From Haliotis rubra (lineage: Eukaryota), in the NCBI RefSeq assembly GCF_003918875.1, contig NW_025765018.1:1-64000 (forward strand): DNA of 64,000 nt. Direction: 5' to 3'. This document shows positions 35,221 through 47,825 of this stretch, in pieces. Both the position numbers and the translations under genes were made by a program. The notes below the pieces were generated by a model. It searched no databases, was not told the DNA's origin, and saw only the letters and a program-made list of their open reading frames with translations. Each line of letters begins with the position of its first letter. Within the stretch, counting starts at the first letter, position 1.

Positions 35221-37819
35221 AAATGAGCTTCACACATTGTACCAATGTATGGAATACTGTAGGGACATTCTCGCGATCTCGCATTCTCGCGATCTCGTCC
35301 TTTGGAAACAAGCTAAAATGCCAAAAGTGCGAGAATGCGAGATCGCGAAACTGCGAGATTTGGCCAAATCTCGCATTCTCGCGATCTCGCATTCTCGTGT
35401 TTTGGTACATAGCACTTTTGTCAAAGTCGAGATCGCGAGAATGCGACATTTGTACATGCTGTCAAATCTCGCATTCTCGCAATCTCGACTTGTCAAATAT
35501 GGCCACAAAACACGAAATCGCGAGAACACGAGAATGCGACATTGCATTTTTCTCGCGTTCTCGCGATCTCGCGATCTCGCGTTTTTAGACGCTGTCGGTG
35601 CGCATGCGTAATATCATAAGGTCAAGGCGCATGCGTGTCTTAGTAGCGCTATGGTCATGCTTCTTTCGTGCTTTTCATTTCCCAAGTAGCATTTAGCAAA
35701 ATTATCACATAGCTTGAAAATGCTATGTAAATTTATACACGATGTAGGGTAGTGTATATAAGTCCGCTGCCGTTGTTTCCTACATTGTTTTCCTATGTGC
35801 CTTAAAATCCTCAACGTGTTTAATATAATTTAAGAAACGAAATTGTGAATATGAATGTCAATAAAAGTGAAAACATGAAAGTGTCCGGAAGCTGGATATA
35901 CATTAACGTCAGTGAGTGATAAAATAGTGCTCAAAGCCGCATTAATTCGCAGCTACACCGTCAGTTATACAAATAATCACAGACCAGTGAGTTTCTCCAT
36001 GATGAAATATCATATACGGCTAGCATATTCATTCAGACAAAATTCTAACGAGGCCAATTTGTAGCACTCGGCTAAAATGAGCATGTCTGATGTTTTACTC
36101 GACACCATATTCGCTACTTTAATAGATTTTCTTCCGCTCCCGCCTGACTACAAAACATCCTGCTTTATACTATGCTTTTGTCTTCAAGTTCCAAGAAATA
36201 GAAAGCATTTGTATCGCTAATAGTTGTGTTCCTGTGGCAGCCATGATATGGCGGAGTTCAATGTGTTATTAACCACAGACTACGGGTTATGAGTGAGATA
36301 TCTGTTTTATTTCCATATCGTGGTGGAAGAAGACACCCTGTAATAACGATAATATACACGATATATACAACATAAAATCACATCTGATGAACATGTCATC
36401 ATAATAAATATAGTGCATAAATGTGCCTATCAACAGTCATATACCGGTATTACGCGATGCAATATAACACAGGTGACTCACGTGATCACGTGTTTGCAGT
36501 GATATACAAAATGAGTGTTGACATAAAGACTTATAATAATACATCGTATAATAATGAAATAGACAATAGATACTGTACAAATAACCTATCCTGTGGGTTA
36601 CACGAGAATGGGTTCGCGAATCCAGCAGCCGAACAGTCATCGCATGCACTAATCCCATATAAGAATCTTTGTCAAGTTCATACAATATACATGGTAGATG
36701 AGATGTATCAATCTTACATGATACAGAAAATAGTTACCAAATAACAACTACTAGCCAGCATATTGACAGGACATATAGAAAACTACCATTAGCACATTCA
36801 TACACGTTAAATGGCATATTGTGTATTGACTTTTATTTTGTTAACATGGGAATATTAATACCTATTTTGTGTAATGATTAATATTAGGGTTTAATTTACT
36901 ATGTATGTTATATTATAATGCATAATAACTAACCTTTGATTCTGACCAAACTGTCACACAGAACTGTACATGAAACACAAAGACACCCGTGAAGGTCCGG
37001 GTTAGAAGGTATCTTCAGGAACCCGTGTTTGTCGTAAGAGGCGATTAACGGGATCGGGTGGTCAGGCTCGCTGACTTGGTTTACACATATCATCGGTTCC
37101 CAATCGCGCAGATCGATGCTCATGATGTTGATCACTGGATTGTCTGGTCCACACTCGATTATTTACATACAGCCGCCATATAAACCAAACTCAATAACTC
37201 ACTCTCTGAAACACAAGGACAAGAGGCAGCTGAACTGACAACTAATTGCAACTTAAATGCATAAAGAATTCGTCGCCTGCGAGACCACTATATCCTGATA
37301 TAAGACAATGATGATTAGTTATTCATTTACGTACACAATATACAACCACCTAATTCGCCCCTCTTACATTCCTACTTTCTTTACTTCATGAACATGCATG
37401 ATGCATGTGAATCGAATCCTTCTACAGTAAATGTACACAGGTGCCTTAAAAAGTTCGATTAGACAAAAATTAAATGTAAATAAACATACCTCCGACCTCC
37501 CATGATTTTTTTAGAAATTAATCAAACTCTGTCTATTAATTTATTGCGGCCTTACCTTCACAAGCTCGGCATGCTAATATTGGAAATTAACCCCCATTCA
37601 CAGCCCGGGGCACGTGCATTGCTTTAAATAAGTGAGTGAGTTTGGCTTAACACGACTTTCAACAGTATTTATCTTTCAGTTATATCACGGATTATCAGTT
37701 CGATGTAGGATGAAACCCACCAGCATAGGTTTTTGGCACGCTCAAGGGACGCAACTCTATTGCCACGACTGAGCTACCCGTGATCACAGTTCAAGATGAC
37801 TGTATAGGTAATTGGTAGA

Positions 37820-38720
37820 AAAACGCGAGATCGCGAGATCGCGAGATCGCGAGATTTGTCAAATGTCGCAATCTCGCGTTCTCGCGTTCTCGTGTTTTTG
37901 AAAATCGTTACACAGAACTGTATGGGCAATTGGCACAAAAGCACGAGAACGCGAGATCGCGAGATTTGTCAAATGTCGCAATCTCGCGTTCTCGCGTTCT
38001 CGTGTTTTTGAAAATCTTTACAAAAGAACTGTATGGGCGAATTGAAACAAAAGCACGAGAACGCGAGATTGCGAGATTTGTCAAATGTCGCAATCTCGCG
38101 TTCTCGCATTCTCGTGTTTTTGAAAATTGTTACATAGAACTGTATGGGCAATTGAAACAAAGCACGAGAACGCGAGAACGCGAGATCGCGAGATTTGTCA
38201 AATGTCGCAATCTCGCGTTCTCGCGTTCTCGTGTTTTTGAAAATCGTTACATAGAACTGTATGGGCAATTGAAACAAAACACGAGAACACGAGAACGCGA
38301 GATCGCGAGATTTGTCAAATGTCGCAATCTCGCGTTCTCGCGTTCTCGCGTTTTGAAAATCGTTACACAGAACTGTATGGGCAATTGGCACAAAAGCACG
38401 AGAACGCGAGAACGCGAGATCGCGAGATTTGTCAAATGTCGCAATCTCGCGTTCTCGTGTTTTGAAAATCGTTACATAGAACTGTATGGGTAATTGGCAC
38501 AAAGCACGAGAACGCGGATTGCGAGGATTTGTCAAATGTCGCAATCTCGCGTTCTCGCGTTCTCGTGTTTTTGAAAATCGTTACATAGAACTGTATGGGC
38601 AATTGGCACAAAACACGAGAACACGAGAACACGAGATCGCGACATTTGACAAATCTCGCGATCTCGCGTTCTCGTTCTCGTGCTTTATTGCCAATTACAG
38701 TTCTATCAACGATTTTAAAA
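37820..38720 (+). repeat. ~110-117 bp hairpin-forming satellite (~7-8 units) at the inner end of the left arm
   Basis: cacgagaacgcgagatcgcgagatttgtcaaatgtcgcaatctcgcgttctcgtgtttttgaaaatcgttacatagaactgtatgggcaattgg. Orientation flips at ~38638. Confidence 0.93.
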
Positions 38721-40439
38721 GGGGCACTGATCCAGAGGGATTAATGTTTCTCGCCAACAGTCTTATTTCAAATCCTAGCTGCAAGCTGGTCAGTACCTGC
38801 TTCCTCGACCGTAACGGACTCGGGCACTGGGCTACTCTCCACCTTGGCAGAATTTCTTCAACATAAACATCGGGACATTAGGAAGTGCGGATGCAAATCA
38901 GATGCCGTTATTTGAAGATATACCCGGTAGTTCTTATAAAGTATCCCAGCAGTGTAGGCGTTTCGGATTTTCTTATGCCTGGATTTAATCATTTCATGTT
39001 AAAATAGGATTTCTATTACCAGTGTATGAAATAGTGCACGTCCCACCGCCCGAGACGGGCTAGATTTCTGACGGACGGTCTAGATTTACAGCTAGCCAGC
39101 CCGATGATCTGGTAAAACTGTTCCATACATATCTTGGTGTCTGGTCTGGTTAAATCCATTTTGGGCTGGTAACATTTGGAAGTTACCAGCCCTGATGTCT
39201 GGCTGGGTTTTGGGCTTATTTCAGACACTGTCAATCATCACCTATGATTTTAAAACACACTATTTTGTACTTTGGGTGTACTACGCTCGAAACGAAGCAC
39301 CCGGATACCGAACCCAGTCAGAGCGGGTGGGTGTGCACTCAGAAGTGTAGTGAGTGAGTTAAGATGTAAAGCCACTTGGGCAATATTTCCAGCCATATCG
39401 TGACTATATCAAGTTATACATTAATATAAATGAAAGGTAAATTATAAAACCTCTCTACGAAGGACAGTAAAACAACTAGATTATCACAGTTAGAAATTTA
39501 AAACTAGTAACTAAATATAAAACATTTTAACTACATGACTATACAATATAAAAACAGGCTATAGATTGCCAACAACTGAAGGTAGATCACCATACTGGGG
39601 ACCATTGGGACTTACAATACATTTGCTTCCTGCATGGACCCTATAGCTGGATGTACATCATCCCTTCAGTTGTTAGCAATTTACACACATCTAGCCATAC
39701 ATTTTAGTTCAAAATTTACTTTGAATGTTTTTGGGACTTACGTACCCTCTCAAGAGGACAATCATTTTACGGTATTTGAACCGGTGTCGGCCCGGGAAAG
39801 CGAAATTTCAATATTCCCTATTCCCGGTAAAGCGAAAACCAAAGTTGTGCTAGAAGTGCCACCAAAGCGAATTGCTATGAAAACATTGGATTACCGTACT
39901 TCATATTAGCGCGCGACCCCAATACTCCTTCTGTGAGCGCTTAACTGAGATGAAGTTTTTTTTGTTTCAAGTTTCAGACCCTACTTATCTATGGCTTTAT
40001 TAATTCATGGAACGAATTAGTATCATTGTTAAACGAACTTTACATGGCCGAATTTGTCAAAGTTTCGTCAACCTTTTTCAAGTAAAATATCTAGTCTTAA
40101 AATGTATCCAAGTTCATTTTAAGATTGTTTTATAAACACTTTAATTGATGCATCATTTAGTCATCTTGTTGTACATTTGGTAATGTACTCCTTTGTTATA
40201 CTCATGTACCACCGATATCTGTTTTCCCGTGTATCATAAATTGTAACTATGTAATGCGAATAACGAATTGAGTGCCTTTACATTAAGTGCTATGACATTT
40301 TCTGTTTTTAGATAACAATGTCATGAATAAATATGCATTTAAAGTAAAACTCATTTGGACTTTGGACTTAAAATGTTTATGGATGCAGACTTGATTTCGT
40401 CACTAAATGGCTGGAATAATGGCGATGTGACGAAAAGCA

Positions 40440-40570
40440 TAAAAAGACGTGTTTATTATCCCCTCAAAGGCTAGAAATCGCCACATTCCTCTCGAGTGTT
40501 TGTTTAAATGTTTTGACTGCATGGTCCTACCAATCATGTTATATGGTTGCGAGGTGTGGGGACATTCAAA
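40440..40570 (+). mobile_element. Small LINE post-RT fragment
   Basis: LFKCFDCMVLPIMLYGCEVWG, a typical PxLxYGxExW motif of non-LTR RT C-termini. Confidence 0.6.
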
Positions 40571-41319
40571 TACATGTATGTATTTCTTATGCAACAATAA
40601 AGTTCCGTTCGTATCCTCAAAACAGTGTCGGCCATAAGTTTAATACAGCCACTACTACTCCATAGCTGTAACTCGTGTTTGGTGGTATAAAACATACACA
40701 TGTTATTTGTTATAATTCACTTCATGATCAGTTATATTAATGAATTAATAACAGATATCATTAGTAGTAACACCACTTAGATTGCCCGACAAATGTTCCC
40801 ATTTGGCATTCTCGTGTCTTCAGTAAATACTCAACATTATAAATTAAGGTCTGATGCAACAAATGTATTACGTTATGTAATATGCCCATGGAAGTGCAGG
40901 AAGAGGAATTATCACCTGAATTATAAAAACAAACATCGATCAAAGGATTAACCGATAATACGCTGACTGATTGATTAATTTTATCATGCACATCGGATTT
41001 GTCAAAGCTAGTGTTTATGTAATGCTGCGTTTACACTAGGCCACGATTAGGCCACGATGGGGTATTCCCGGAAGTAGAATTTTAATGTTACAGTATAGTC
41101 TCCGTGATGTTGTGCCGATGTTGTTATAAGGGATTAAGTCACTGGGTGCTGTGAAATTCTGAACTATGTTGTGGACTATGATTTCCATTTGAGTTTAGCT
41201 CACTGAGATTATAATGATACTGATTAATGTGTTCACTCAATCAGTGTCATTCAGTACTATACATGTCTTACATATTGTATAAATACCATCAAGTTACAAT
41301 AGCTAGTATCATTTTCACA

Positions 41320-41600
41320 ATGGCTCATGCACAGTTCAATTACAAGTTCCTTCCTACTTCACGTGGTGGTAGGTACTTCCGGCTGAAGGATACATTACAG
41401 AGTAAAAGAGGATAAAATTCTTGTTGGAGGAGCAAAACATTAATGAACAGAACATGTTACAATACATGGTACAGTGCTAGGCAGAGACTTCCCCAAAGAA
41501 AAAGAAATATCAAGACCTCCAAAGAGAGAACTGTCCACCCTGAAACACAGACTTGTGGTTGACAACACTGATATGTTGTATTACTTAGACATGTATTACA
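41320..41600 (+). mobile_element. Possible deleted MULE-type transposase remnant
   Basis: FLPTSRGG (FLYWCH-like start) is joined to PKKKKYQDLQKR..STLKHRL..YYLD (MULE C-terminus-like). By-eye similarity only. Confidence 0.3.
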
Positions 41601-42976
41601 AGAAACTTGCTTAAAATAATGCAATAACTGTAAAATGAATTGTGACTTTATAGTGATATTGATTAAGTAATTACTTAACTATGTCAGAATTGAATATGTA
41701 TTTGTAATTAAATCTTTGAAGGGCATTTCATCAGGTGAAGGAGCAAGCATACGCTCCGAAACGTCGTGTTAGTCACAATAAAGATGTTGACGTCCATAAA
41801 TCTTGCCTTTCTTATATTTGTAATTGATAATGTTTGGTGGAATATTTGATATATTAAAATTTCATATGACATGTTTTTATGTTGTGATTAAGAATGGGGA
41901 CACCAAATAAATTATGTCATGAAATGTCAAATATCAGTTTAGACTTATTTCATTTCTTAACCACTTCAACTATTCTTATCAACCTTGTGCCTGTATAAAC
42001 ATAGAATTGCCTTTGTTCGACTTGAAGGTAATGCCCCAACCTCCACCCCACAAGCTCTCTCCTATGGGAACTAACCGCCACCATTATGTCGATCTTACGC
42101 GAACCAAAATATCGTATTAGATCTTCATGATTGTGGAACATTTTGTATATTTTTCCCCTTCTTGACGCTCTTTTCCGATTTCATAAGCTCTGATTGTATC
42201 TGTTACGCATTCTCACGATTGGATATCCGACCAGTTATGCTTCAATGAAGATCTGTTGCGATTATTTTACGATCTGTAGCGACTTTTCACGACCGTAAAA
42301 ATATCACATTATGAAAATTTCCAATATATAGTGGCGATAACTGGTTTCGAACCCGCAACCTTTCGCTCGGCGGCTTTATCCACTAGGCTACTAGAAATAC
42401 GACTTTTTAAAACTTTAAAATTACAATTAATTTGTAAATACCATTTTCTTATGAAACAAGGAATTGGAATTTAGTGTAACCATAGTTGTTTGTAGTGTCT
42501 GATTTCACTTTCACAAGAGAAAAATTCAAATCGGATGAAAAGTAGGTCATTGTCTGAATTGATTGATGAGACTCATGTTTCGGTTTGGTAATGATACAAC
42601 TTACTCTAGGTCGCACTTAGGGCGTGTGTGTGTGAAATATGATTCACGTTGGCAATCTATACAATGTCTAGATATTAAAGTCACGCTATATATTCACTAT
42701 AAGTATTAAGCAGTTCGTGCGCTTCTTAATAAGTTTCAGAATGCATCAAAATATTATAATAAACTAATTATGATTATAAAACAAAATGTAAAGACGTACA
42801 CTGACTTCGTTATTTTTCAGTCCTAACATTTTACCACTGGCAGATGGTTAAACTTCAAATGTTTTCATTTCCTATCATCATAATGAAGATGGAAATATTA
42901 TCAAGTAAAAAAGATTTCATGTTTGTTCATCAATCTATACTTATACCATCAATTAGGCATGCGGGCGGCGCAGCCG

Positions 42977-43745
42977 ATACAGTTCTATGTAACGATTTTC
43001 AAAAACACGAGAACGCGAGAACGCGAGATTGCGACATTTGACAAATCTCGCGATCTCGTGTTCTCGTGCTTTTGTGCCAATTACCCATACAGTTCTGTGT
43101 AACGATTTTCAAAAACACGAGAACGCGAGAACGCGAGATTGCGACATTTGACAAATCTCGCGATCTCGCGTTCTCGTGCTTTTGTGCCAATTACCCACAC
43201 AGTTCTTTGTAACGATTTTCAAAAACACGAGAACGCGAGATTGCGACATTTGACAAATCTCTCTATCTCGCGTTCTCGTGCTTTTGTGCCAATTACCCAT
43301 ACAGTTCTATGTAACGATTTTCAAAAACGCGAGGAAGCGAGAACGCGAGATTGCGACATTTGACAAATCTCGCTATCTCGCGTTCTCGCGTTCTCGTGCT
43401 TTTGTGCCAATTGCCCATACAGTTCTACGTAACGATTTTCAAAAACACGAGAACGCGAGAACGCGAGATTGCGACATTTGACAAATCTCGCGATCTCGCG
43501 TTCTCGTGTTTTTAACCAATTGCCCATACAGTTCTATGTAACGATTTTCAAAAACACGAGAACGCGAGAACGCGAGATTGCGACATTTGACAAATCTCGC
43601 GATCTCGCGTTCTCGCGTTCTCGTGCTTTTGTTTCAATTGCCCATACAGTTCTATGTAACGATTTTTAAAAACGCGAGAATGCGAGATTGCGACATTTGA
43701 CAAATGTGGCGATCTCGCGATCTCGCAATCTCGCGATCTCGCGTT
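42977..43745 (-). repeat. Same satellite, inverted (~7 units), at the inner end of the right arm
   Basis: aacgattttc anchors at ~42991, 43101, 43211, 43312, 43431, 43540 and 43658. Confidence 0.93.
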
Positions 43746-44254
43746 TTTCTGCTAAATACCTATACAGTCATCTTGAACCGGGATCATGGGTAGCTCAGTC
43801 GTCTGAGGCGTCGCAATGGAGTTGCGTCCCTTGAGAAACCTATTTTGGTGGGTTTCATCCTATATCGAGCTGACAAGCCGTGATATAACTGAAAGAAAAA
43901 TACTGTTGAAAGTCGTGTTAAGCCAAACTCACTCACTTATTTAGAGCAATGCACGTACCCCGGGCTGTGAATGGGGGGTTATTTCTAATATTAGCTTGCC
44001 GAGCTTGTGAAGGTAAGGCCGCAATAAATTTAAATACAGAGTTTGTTTATTTTCTAAAAAAAATTGGAGGCGAGGATTATAATAATTTACATTTTATTTT
44101 TTACTTTTTAAGGCACCTGTGTACAATTTCTGTCGAAGGATTCGATTCACATGCATCAAGCATGTTCAGTAGTGCTACGTTTGTGGAGTATTTCATCAAG
44201 TAAAGAAATTAGGAATGTAACATGAATGAACTATTATTATTAACATCATAGGAT

Positions 44255-44777
44255 ATTTTATATTTATATATCGCACATATCCACGCAACTACTCCTTGCT
44301 CAAGGCGCTGGTATATTTTTCCTCGTTTATTTGGATGTCAATCTCAACGGCACATAGTATGATCAATCTCAACTCCCTTGGGAGTATACAACGCTTGCTG
44401 CCTCTAGGCGCACCGAGTTTATTGTGACCTTCTCATCCTAACGAGATACCCATTCCAAGCTGGGTGGACTGGAACACATAGTCACAGTACTTTGTCGAAT
44501 TTGACTGCACGTTGATGTACCCGCAACTAAGTGTTTGCACGTATTCATGTGACCACTGTCTGGTCATATACCAACTGATTCGTGGGTTCTTTTAAGTGCA
44601 CAGGGTTGTCTACTGTGCACTTCGGGTTGTGCACTTGTGCACTTGTGACAACACAGAAAGAGTCTGCACACAAAGTTGAGTGCAAGATTTTTACACCCGG
44701 TCACAGATGGGCTCGATCCCGACACCTCAACCTCGCTGGATCACTAGCCGGCGCTTTAACCAGCTCGCCCACCGCGC
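44255..44777 (-). mobile_element. Full-length ~520-bp SINE (family C): tRNA-like head, conserved central body, L2-like tail; present only in the right arm
   Basis: Minus strand: gcgcggtgggcgagctggttaaagcg..gggatcgagccc head; gtgcacttaaaagaaccc and ccagtccacccagcttggaatgggtatc blocks; cagcgccttgagc...gcgatatataaat tail. Confidence 0.75.
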
Positions 44778-47700
44778 GAGTGGTTGTATATTGTGTACAT
44801 AAATGAATAACAAATCATCATTATCTTATATCAGGATATAGTGGTCTCGCAGGCGACGAATTCTTTATGCATTTAAGTTGCAATTAGTTGTCAGTTCAGC
44901 TGCCTCTTTACTTTGTGTTTCAGTGAGTGAGTTTAGATTTACGCCGCACTCAGCAATATTCCAGCTATATGGCGGCGGCCTGTAAATAATCGAGTGTGGA
45001 CCAGACAATCCAGTGATCTGCGCGATTGGGAACCTTTATGCACTATATTTATTATGATGACATGTTCATCAGATGTGATTTTATGTTGTATATATCGTGT
45101 ATATTATTGTTATTACAGGGTGTCTTCTTCCACCACGATATGGAAATAAACAGATATCTCACTCATAACCCGTAGTCTCCACTTTATCATGGCTGCCGCA
45201 GGAACACAAATATTATTGGTACAAATGCATTTCTATTTCTTGGAACTTGGAGACGAAAGAATAATGTAAGACAGGGTGTTTTGTAGTCAGGCGGGAGCGG
45301 AAGAAAATCTATTAATTAATTTGTTATGGACTAAACTAGCGAGTATGGTGTCCAATAAAACATCAGACATGCTCATTTTAGCCGACGGCTAGAAATTGGT
45401 CGGTTAGAATTTTGTTTGAATGATTATGCTAGCCGTATATGATATTGCATCATGGAAAAACTCACTGGTCTGTGATTATTTGTATAACTGACGGTATAGC
45501 TGCGAAATGATGCGGCTTTTAGCACTATTTTATCACTCACTGACGTTAATATTTTTTTCCAGCTTCCGGACACTTTCATGTTTTCACTTTTATTGGACAT
45601 TCATATTCACAATTTCGTTTCTTAAATAGAATTTTACATGTTGAGGATTTTTAAGGACATACGAAATTGTAACAACGGGAACGGACTTATATACTCTACC
45701 CTTGTCATCCTGTATGTAAATTACATGATAGCATTTTCAAGCTATGTGATAAGTTTGCTAAATGCTAGTTGGGAAGTGAAAAGCATGAAAGAAGCATGAC
45801 CACAGCACTACTTAGATACGCATGCGCCTTGACCTTATGATATTACGCATGCGCACCGACAGCGTCTAAAACGCGAGATCGCGAGAACGCGAGAAAATGC
45901 AATGTCGCATTCTCGCGTTCTCGCGATTTCGTGTTTTTATGGCCATATCTGGCAAGTCGAGATAGCGAGAATGCGAGATTTGACAGCATGTACAAATGTC
46001 GCAATCTCGCGATCTCGACTTTTGACAAAAAGTGCTATGTACCAAAAACACGAGAATGCGAGATCGCGAGAACGCGAGATTTTGGCCAAATCTCGCGTTC
46101 TCGCGATCTCGCATTCTCTACTGGCATTTTTAGCTTGTTTCGAAGGTCGAGATCGCGAGAATGCGAGATCGCGAGAATGTCCCTTACAGTATTCCATACA
46201 TTTGTGGTGTCCACCGCCGTGATATTGCTGGAATATTGCTAAAGGCGGCGTAAAACCATACTCACTCACTCACTGCGCACGTATACAACACTGACGCATT
46301 ACTTCAGCTTGACCACCAACATTGCTAATATCAACACAACAGACGTGATGTAAATGCTTACAAAACATTTATTAAAACTCGAAAAATACAATTATATGAT
46401 TTTTTCTCTGCAATTATTAGGGAAACTCACTATCATATAACCTTCTATTATAATAATATTCAAACTCAATTACAATACACAGCCCCAAACATAAACAAAC
46501 AATATCTCACCTATAAATCAGAAAGCCTTGTAAAAATACATCCCTATCTATGCAAAATTTGCAATAAAACGTTTGTAAACATTTGCCTACCTGGTAAATG
46601 GTATATTTATTTCGGTTTAGAATGGGAAATATTCGCAAGAAAACGGCTACGCGTTCGGCTTCAAATGAAATTAAGAGACTATCAATTCGGTGTAACATTC
46701 ATCTAATTTCAAAACACAGTACGTTTATCTCCTAAGTAGAATCTAGCATGCTCTTTTCACCACGATTTCAAAGAAAATAACACATAACTCTTTGCTGGAA
46801 ACAATCAAGACACAGGTAAAGCTTTCACAGTTAACATTTGGAGGGCATTTCCAAATTATAAGCATCAGTAGCTCACAAAGGCCAAATGCAATTCCGTATT
46901 TCTCTGGAAACATATGCTCTTCGCCTTTTTCGTGCGAACAGTTGGGTAGTATTGGCATGCAGGCTACACTCATAAAACCAGGTACCATCGCTATATATTA
47001 GTGGTTTATAAAGACTACCACGGTTCGCGCGCATCAGACACCGAGACCCAGTCTGTATAAAGACCTGCTAATAATATAGTTCGAACCGTTCCCCGCCTCT
47101 GCTTAAACGGAGATTTCTTATAAATATCAGTGGGGGCGTCATCTTTATTTATACAACTAAAACAACAAGAAGCCTGTCCCCATACTTCAGTATCATAACG
47201 GGACGCCTCCGAGCGACGGTCAGATCGATTCAGTTTCGGATACTTCTGTAAAACCTAGAAGTTATTAAAGCTCCATTAAGAAAACGATAAACTTTGTATT
47301 ATCTACTTTGATGAAGGAAAGTCACATATGTCTAGTTAAAGTATTAGTGATTACCATACTACTCTCAAACTAGCTTGGTTATGAGGTAAACCTCTAATTA
47401 TTTATTAGCAGCTGAAAATAGTTGAGTTGATATTATATGATAAATATAAAACACACGGCCATGCCACGGCTCTGTATTAATATACATGTATTATCTTTTA
47501 AGCATCATGTTTGTTTTATGGCAGCGCGTGATCGGTATAATGAAACTCTCAAAAACTGTTTAGTTGTATTGTTTTGTATTGTTTGTGTTCGTTGTGTAAC
47601 GTCACACAATATCCCAGCTATATGGCGGCGGTTTGTAAATTGTCGAGTCTGGACCAGACAACCCAGTGATCAACAGCATGAATGGTGTTTTCTGTCACAA

Positions 47701-47825
47701 TGTACTGCAACGTGTTTCAGGGAAAGAGGATGGACTATTCAGCCTCAAACAACAAATCAGAGGTGGCATCGTCAACTTCAACCGTCTACATTACAGGCAA
47801 ACTCACTGACGCTAGCTTTAAAACT

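Larger units (their letters stand above)
35247..46199. mobile_element. ~11-kb foldback-type TIR element with ~3.2-3.4 kb inverted arms (35247-~38690 / ~42977-46199)
   Basis: Termini GTATGGAATACTGTA..TACAGTATTCCATAC. Colinear inverted homology (35590/45870, 35881/45570, 36300/45150, 37100/45030, 37600/43970, 37820/43745), dense GCGAGA subterminal repeats, 4-bp TSDs. No transposase ORF. Confidence 0.92.

Noticed and set aside
35088-46269. SRSR/REREIA-type ORFs on both strands
   Set aside because: Products of GCGAGA subrepeats and the satellite of the foldback element.
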